A stretch of 52,573 bases of DNA from an uncultured Ruminococcus sp. (lineage in GTDB: Bacteria > Bacillota > Clostridia > Oscillospirales > Ruminococcaceae). The stretch is from the NCBI GenBank assembly GCA_902797485.1, contig CADBTF010000228.1, positions 1 to 52,573 on the forward strand, written 5' to 3'. Under the pieces are notes generated by a model. That model was not told where the DNA came from, ran no database searches, and saw nothing but the letters and a program-made list of their open reading frames with translations. Positions 47,323 to 52,573 of this stretch are shown here, piece after piece (within the stretch, counting starts at the first letter, position 1; each line of letters starts with the position of its first letter). A program made the position numbers and the translations under genes.

Positions 47323-48282
47323 TCACCTTATATTATAACACATAATTTCCGATTTGGCTACTACTTTTTCAACATTTTTTAGAAAAATTTTATATTCTTC
47401 ATTTTCGTCGGCATAGACCCACCGGATATTCTCAACTCTCCTGAACCAAGTGAGCTGGCGTTTAGCGTAATGGCGGGTCTCCAGCTTGATCCTGGCAACG
47501 GCCTCGTCAAGGCTGATATTCCCCTCAAAATATGGTATAAGCTCCTTATAGCCAATGGCCTGATAAACAGTTGTGGGCTTATAGCGATGATAAAAGTCAA
47601 GTGTTTCTTCCACAAGGCCGGCTTTTATCATTTCATCTACCCGCAGCTCTATCCTGTCATAGAGCTTCTGCCTGTCATGGAACCCTATACCTATAATACA
47701 GCTCTCAAAGGGCGACGCTTCAAGGCGGCTTTCCTGCTTGAGCTGAGTAAGGGTCTTGCCCGTCACCTCATAGACCTCAAGTGCTCTGATGACACGGTTC
47801 AGGTTATTTTCATGTATCTGTTCAGCCGCCTGCGGGTCTATTGCCGAAAGGCGCTTCCAGAGGGAGTGCTTGCCGAAGCTCTCTGCATAAGAGCGCAGCT
47901 CCTGACGCTTTTCGGTGCTGCCGACGGCCTCATCAAATCTGACATTATCCACAAGAGAGCTGATATACAGCCCTGTGCCTCCGCAGAGGACAGGCTGCTT
48001 GCCTCTTGAATGGATATCATATACGCACTCCTTAGCCAGCTTGACATATTCAGCCACACTAAAGGGCTGCTGAGGCTCAAGGAAATCTATCAGGTGATGT
48101 CTGACACCCTGCATCTCAGCCTGTGTAGGCTTGGCTGTAGCTATGGAAAGGCCCTTGTATATCTGCATGGAATCAGCAGAAACGACCTCTCCGTTATAAA
48201 GCTTTGCCAGTTCGACTGCAAGCCTTGTCTTTCCGGAGGCTGTGGGCCCGGCTATAACTATAAGCGGTATTTTTTCAGCCAG
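47323..48282 (-). CDS. miaA: tRNA dimethylallyltransferase (probable CTG start)
   Basis: The frame extends 38 codons upstream of the track's ATG and includes GPTASGKT and SADSMQ; GGTGLY and YAKRQLTWF are also present; CTG at 48282 lies 8 nt after AAAAGGAG. Confidence 0.93.
   Translation of the reverse strand: MAEKIPLIVIAGPTASGKTRLAVELAKLYNGEVVSADSMQIYKGLSIATAKPTQAEMQGVRHHLIDFLEPQQPFSVAEYVKLAKECVYDIHSRGKQPVLCGGTGLYISSLVDNVRFDEAVGSTEKRQELRSYAESFGKHSLWKRLSAIDPQAAEQIHENNLNRVIRALEVYEVTGKTLTQLKQESRLEASPFESCIIGIGFHDRQKLYDRIELRVDEMIKAGLVEETLDFYHRYKPTTVYQAIGYKELIPYFEGNISLDEAVARIKLETRHYAKRQLTWFRRVENIRWVYADENEEYKIFLKNVEKVVAKSEIMCYNIR
47332..47360 (-). promoter_or_regulatory. Sigma-A promoter for hfq embedded in the miaA 3' end
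   Basis: TAGCCA-N17-TATAAT with TGn; A-rich upstream tract. Confidence 0.6.
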
Positions 48283-48307
48283 GGGTCGCTCTCCTTTTCA
48301 TAGAGTA

Positions 48308-50380
48308 TCACACGATCCTTCTGAACTGCTTTTCAATGTCCCGTTTTTTTAACCGTATCATGATCGGGCGACCGTGGGGACAATACCTGATCTCGTCGTT
48401 GCCATAGACATTATTCACAAGAGCCTGAAGCTCTAAAATATCAGAATCGTCATTGGCCTTTATTGCTGCCTTGCAGGCAATGGAATGATAAAGCTCGTCG
48501 AATATCTCAAGCTGCGGGTTATGCTTGCAGATGATAAAATTCTGGGCAAGTGTGGTAACAATGTCGGTGGGGTTTTCGTCGCCAAGTATTATCGGCACAC
48601 CTTTTACCGCCACATTCGGCGCCACGTCCGGCTCAATCGAAAATCCCAGCTTGTTGACAGCATCTACATTAGCAGCCAGCGCATCATACTCATCGTAAGA
48701 GAGCATAACGATTATGGGTTCCAAAAAAAGCTGTGTATCAAGCTCATTGGCGTTATCCTTGATCTTTTCAAATATATATCTTTCATGTGAAGCGTGCTTG
48801 TCAAAAAGCAGCATCTCGTCACCCGCCTGAGCCACGATATAGGTCTTAAAGAGCTCCCCTATGACCTTGGGTTTAACAGGCTCCTTGTAGCTGTCAGCGA
48901 CTATCTCGCTTCTGTGCTCAAAGCTGGCATTTGACAGATATTTGAAATCTTGAATCTGCTCGTTTATCTCCTGAGTCTTGGTCTCAACGTCATTGGCGGA
49001 TTCATTCTCATGGTTATATTCCGGTGCAGCCTCACTCGCAGGAACAGGTTCAGCAGGCTCAGCATCAAGGGCCGGCGCTTGCTTTTCCTCCGGCGGTTTG
49101 AGAGGCAGGCTCTCTGCGGCCTCGTCCAGAGATCTCAGGAAAAGGTCCTCACCGCTGCTGTTGACCTTTTTCTCCGGCTTTCCGGCGGGAGGGACTGTCA
49201 GCTTCTTCTCCGGCCAGGGGACCTTAGTGTTAGAGGGCTGTGAGGGCTTGTAATCAAGCTCCGCTGCTGAGACAGTCTTCTGCGGAACAGAAACAAATTT
49301 AAGCTGTTCGCCCTGGGGCTTCGGCGGGAGATCGTAAAGCTGGCTGTCTGTGAAATGGCGCTTCTTTTCAAGGGTCATATCCACGGGCTTATCTTCCTTG
49401 AGCAGTGAATCCTTAACAGCGAAATACACTGCCTCATAGATCATCTTATCGTCAGAGAAGCGCACCTCGATCTTAGTCGGGTGAACATTGACGTCGATAA
49501 TTTCAGGGGCGGCTTCTATATTCAGAACACAGGCGGGGAACTTCCCTACCATGATCTTGTTTCTGTAGCCCTCCTCCAGAGCGCCGCAGCAGGTATTTGA
49601 TCTTACAAACCTGCCGTTGACAAAGAAATTCTGGAATTTGCGGTTAGGGCGCCCCCAAAGAGGCCGAACGATATAGCCGCTCACCCTGATATTGTTCCAA
49701 GTGGAATCAACAGGTATAAGAGAGGCTGCAAATTCTCTGCCGAAAACAGAGTTGATCGCAGAGTAGAGCTTTCCGTCGCCGGCAGTGATAAGCTCCGGCT
49801 TGTTGTCTCTGATGAACTTGAATGAGATCTCCGGGTGAGAGAGAGCAAGCTTAGTGACAAGATTTGCCACTGCGTTACCCTCGGTAGTGTCTTTCTTCAA
49901 AAATTTCAGTCTGGCGGGAACGTTATAGAAAATATCCCTCACCACAAAGGTAGTACCGTCCGGGCAGCCACTCTGCTCGTTGAGCTTTTCAACGCCGCCC
50001 TCGATGATATAATGGGTGCCGTAGGTCTCCTCTTTAAGCTTTGTCAGAACATCGACCTTGGCAACTGCGCTGATAGAAGCGAGTGCCTCCCCACGGAAGC
50101 CCAGTGTCAATATACCGCTCAGGTCCTCCTTAGTGGCGATCTTGCTGGTGGCGTGCCTGAGAAAAGCCTTGGCTATATCCTCGCCGGCGATGCCGCAGCC
50201 GTTATCAGTCACCCGAAGATAGGTGCGCCCGCCGTTTTGTATTTCAACAGTTATTACATTTGCTCCTGCGTCGATCGCATTTTCAAGCAGCTCCTTTATC
50301 ACTGAGGAGGGGCGGTCAATGACCTCTCCCGCTGCGATAAGCTCTGCGACCTCCTTGCTTAACACCTGAATATGTGGCAT
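48308..50380 (-). CDS. mutL: DNA mismatch repair protein MutL
   Basis: IAAGEVI, ENAIDA, GFRGEAL, DVNVHPTK; DKHASHE, ACK and CPHGRP endonuclease motifs. Confidence 0.97.
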   Translation of the reverse strand: MPHIQVLSKEVAELIAAGEVIDRPSSVIKELLENAIDAGANVITVEIQNGGRTYLRVTDNGCGIAGEDIAKAFLRHATSKIATKEDLSGILTLGFRGEALASISAVAKVDVLTKLKEETYGTHYIIEGGVEKLNEQSGCPDGTTFVVRDIFYNVPARLKFLKKDTTEGNAVANLVTKLALSHPEISFKFIRDNKPELITAGDGKLYSAINSVFGREFAASLIPVDSTWNNIRVSGYIVRPLWGRPNRKFQNFFVNGRFVRSNTCCGALEEGYRNKIMVGKFPACVLNIEAAPEIIDVNVHPTKIEVRFSDDKMIYEAVYFAVKDSLLKEDKPVDMTLEKKRHFTDSQLYDLPPKPQGEQLKFVSVPQKTVSAAELDYKPSQPSNTKVPWPEKKLTVPPAGKPEKKVNSSGEDLFLRSLDEAAESLPLKPPEEKQAPALDAEPAEPVPASEAAPEYNHENESANDVETKTQEINEQIQDFKYLSNASFEHRSEIVADSYKEPVKPKVIGELFKTYIVAQAGDEMLLFDKHASHERYIFEKIKDNANELDTQLFLEPIIVMLSYDEYDALAANVDAVNKLGFSIEPDVAPNVAVKGVPIILGDENPTDIVTTLAQNFIICKHNPQLEIFDELYHSIACKAAIKANDDSDILELQALVNNVYGNDEIRYCPHGRPIMIRLKKRDIEKQFRRIV

Positions 50381-50397
50381 AAAAGCTCCTGTCTATC

Positions 50398-52573
50398 TTA
50401 TAGGTATTTTGTCAGCTCCGAGACAAACTGTCTCAGCTCCGAGTCATTCATTTCGTCGATATTTGTTTTTCTCAGCTTGTCGGCTATCATATCGCTGCCG
50501 ATCTTTTGGAAGGATATCTGTGTATCGTCCTCCTTGGCCATAGCCGCCTTAGCCTTGGCATTCTCGGCTTCCATCTCAGCCAGCAGCGCCTTGGCTCTGG
50601 TGATTATCTTATTGGGCAGGCCCGCCAGCTTAGCCACCTCGATACCGTAGCTTTCATCAACTCCACCCGGAACTATCTTCCTCAGGAACTTGATAGTATC
50701 GCCGCTGGGCTTGACTGCCACAGAGAAATTCCTGACTCCCTCAAGCTCACTTTCAAGGGATATGAGCTCATGATAGTGAGTGGCAAAGAGTGTCTTGCAG
50801 CCGAGAGACTTGGAGGTGGAGATGTATTCCGAAACAGCTCTGGCTATGCTTATTCCGTCAAAGGTAGAGGTGCCTCGGCCTACTTCGTCAAGGATAACAA
50901 GGCTTTGCTTGGTGGCGTGCTTGACTATATCTGCCACCTCGCTCATTTCCACCATAAAGGTCGACTGCCCTGCTGTCAGGTCGTCGGAGGCACCGATACG
51001 GGTAAATATCTGGTCTACGACCGAGATCCTTGCGTAGTCAGCCGGAACAAAGGAGCCTATCTGAGCCATAAGCGTTATAAGCGCCACCTGCCTCATGTAG
51101 GTGGATTTTCCTGACATATTGGGCCCGGTGATAACAGCCATTCTGTTGCTTGTCAGGTCAAGGTAGGTGTCGTTGGGAACGAACATCTCGTCCTTCTGCA
51201 TGAGCTCTACTACAGGGTGCCTGCCGTTTTTGATCTCGATAGTACCGTCGATAGCTATATCCGGCTTGGAATAGTTGTTCTTTATAGCCGCCTTTGCAAA
51301 TGAAGCCAGCACATCTACCTCTGCCACAGCAGTGGCCGTCTCCTGCACAAGCCGGAGCTGAGTAGCGATGAACTCTCTCAGCTCGATAAATATATCCTGC
51401 TCTAAATTCAGAACCTTTTCGCTGGCACCAAGTATCGTATTCTCCGCCACTTTAAGCTCATCGGTAATGAACCTTTCGCAGTTTGAGAGAGTCTGCTTTC
51501 TGATGTAGCTGTCCGGCACAAGATCATAGTAGGATTTCGTGACCTCGATATAATATCCGAAAACACGGTTATAGCCGATCTTCAGGTTCTTGATGCCTGT
51601 CTTTTCCTTTTCCCGCTCGGCAATATCATCAATGATGTTCTTGCCGCCGGAGATAATATTTCTGAGGCTGTCCAGCTGCTCATTAAAGCCGTCCTTGATA
51701 ACTCCGCCGTCCTTAACATTGGCAGGCGGCTCGTCTACAAGGGCATTTTCAATCAGATTGGAAATAGCTTCAAGGGTGGAGATCTTATTATTCAGAGAAT
51801 TCAAAAGCTTTGAGGAGAAGCCCCCGATTATGCGTTTCAGATTCGGGAGCTTCAAGGCAGTCAGAGACAGGGATTTCAGGTCTCTCGGTGTGGCTGTTTT
51901 ATACATCACCCTTGTCATAAGGCGTTCCAGGTCATAGACGCCGGAAAGGACTTCCGTCAGCTCGTCCAGCTCGACGGGTGAAGAAACGAACTGCTCAACT
52001 GCATTCAGCCTGTCGATTATCTTGACAGGGTTTACAAGAGGCTGTTCCAGATAGGATTTCAGCATACGCTTGCCCATAGAGGTCTTGGTATTATCCAGCA
52101 CCCAAATAAGTGAGCCCTTGCGCTCCTTATTGCGGAGAGTCTCTGTCAGCTCAAGATTGCGCCTTGCAGTGTAGCCGATAGTCATGATAGGGTCGGAGTC
52201 ATGCTTGATAATATTGGAGAACCTGCCGACCAAGGCCTTTTGAGTTTCATGTATATAAGCGAACATTCCGCAGACTGCATAGGCAGAGGTGCTGTCTGCT
52301 TTAATGCCAAGAGAATCCAGACTGGACACAGAAAACTGTGTCAGCACTTCGTCGGTATGGAGCTTTGGAGAAAAATCCCGCTCGTCCAGAAGCTGGACTG
52401 CCGCCTTCAGCTTATGCTTGATGAACTCGCCTATCTCCTTAAAGGACAAAAAGCCGTCGTTTATCAGTATCTCAACGGGCATAAAGCGAGCCAGCTCATT
52501 TACTGCATTTGTTGCAAGGTCCTTGCCGCCGAATTCAAAGAGGTGGACCTCACCGGTAGAAATATCGGCAAGG
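50398..52573 (-). CDS. mutS: DNA mismatch repair protein MutS (5' end outside the window)
   Basis: TGPNMSGKST, STFMVEM, DEVGRGTST, ATHYHEL, SYGIEVA; the frame stays open to the window edge (LADISTGE...). Confidence 0.97.
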   Translation of the reverse strand, partial: LADISTGEVHLFEFGGKDLATNAVNELARFMPVEILINDGFLSFKEIGEFIKHKLKAAVQLLDERDFSPKLHTDEVLTQFSVSSLDSLGIKADSTSAYAVCGMFAYIHETQKALVGRFSNIIKHDSDPIMTIGYTARRNLELTETLRNKERKGSLIWVLDNTKTSMGKRMLKSYLEQPLVNPVKIIDRLNAVEQFVSSPVELDELTEVLSGVYDLERLMTRVMYKTATPRDLKSLSLTALKLPNLKRIIGGFSSKLLNSLNNKISTLEAISNLIENALVDEPPANVKDGGVIKDGFNEQLDSLRNIISGGKNIIDDIAEREKEKTGIKNLKIGYNRVFGYYIEVTKSYYDLVPDSYIRKQTLSNCERFITDELKVAENTILGASEKVLNLEQDIFIELREFIATQLRLVQETATAVAEVDVLASFAKAAIKNNYSKPDIAIDGTIEIKNGRHPVVELMQKDEMFVPNDTYLDLTSNRMAVITGPNMSGKSTYMRQVALITLMAQIGSFVPADYARISVVDQIFTRIGASDDLTAGQSTFMVEMSEVADIVKHATKQSLVILDEVGRGTSTFDGISIARAVSEYISTSKSLGCKTLFATHYHELISLESELEGVRNFSVAVKPSGDTIKFLRKIVPGGVDESYGIEVAKLAGLPNKIITRAKALLAEMEAENAKAKAAMAKEDDTQISFQKIGSDMIADKLRKTNIDEMNDSELRQFVSELTKYL

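Noticed and set aside
47323-48168. miaA as a 5'-truncated pseudogene
   Set aside because: The frame is open upstream through the P-loop to a CTG with a well-placed RBS
48780-48810. MutL motif DKHASHE instead of DQHA(x)2E
   Set aside because: The metal-binding D, H and E residues and the ACK and CPHGRP motifs are intact; probably ordinary lineage variation

Overview
A mostly minus-strand core-genome segment from a spore-forming Firmicute, most consistent with Ruminococcus/Oscillospiraceae (inferred from gene order and a Ruminococcus-type pilin-like domain). In transcription order it holds mutS(partial)-mutL-miaA-hfq-HlyD-like-yggS-sepF-ylmH-divIVA-ileS-lspA-rluD-HAD-split transketolase, then the sporulation genes yunB, ylbJ and yqfCD. 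These are followed by phoH-ybeY-dgkA-era-yqzL-recO-mutS2-cdd-ligA, spoVFAB and a ~3.3 kb accessory islet (TetR, two lipoproteins, AT-rich repeats, HAD). The remainder is an F1Fo ATP synthase operon with a Na+-type c-ring, a Na/Pi cotransporter, an M50 peptidase, the TIGR03960/TIGR03936 radical SAM pair, rplS, two lepB, rbgA, rnhB, yraN and thrC. I saw no rRNA, tRNA, CRISPR array or intact mobile element. Five signals most deserve follow-up: (1) a candidate ~75-nt C-rich small RNA with its own promoter, operator-like palindrome and terminator between tetR and the atp operon; (2) an orphan 73-aa membrane gene inside the atp operon between atpG and atpD; (3) a lipoprotein carrying a type IV pilin-like body without a prepilin site; (4) an iteron-like palindromic repeat array resembling a relic phage replication origin; (5) miaA, which lacks any ATG/GTG/TTG start and appears to begin at CTG. 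All family assignments come from motif recognition by eye; no database searches were run.
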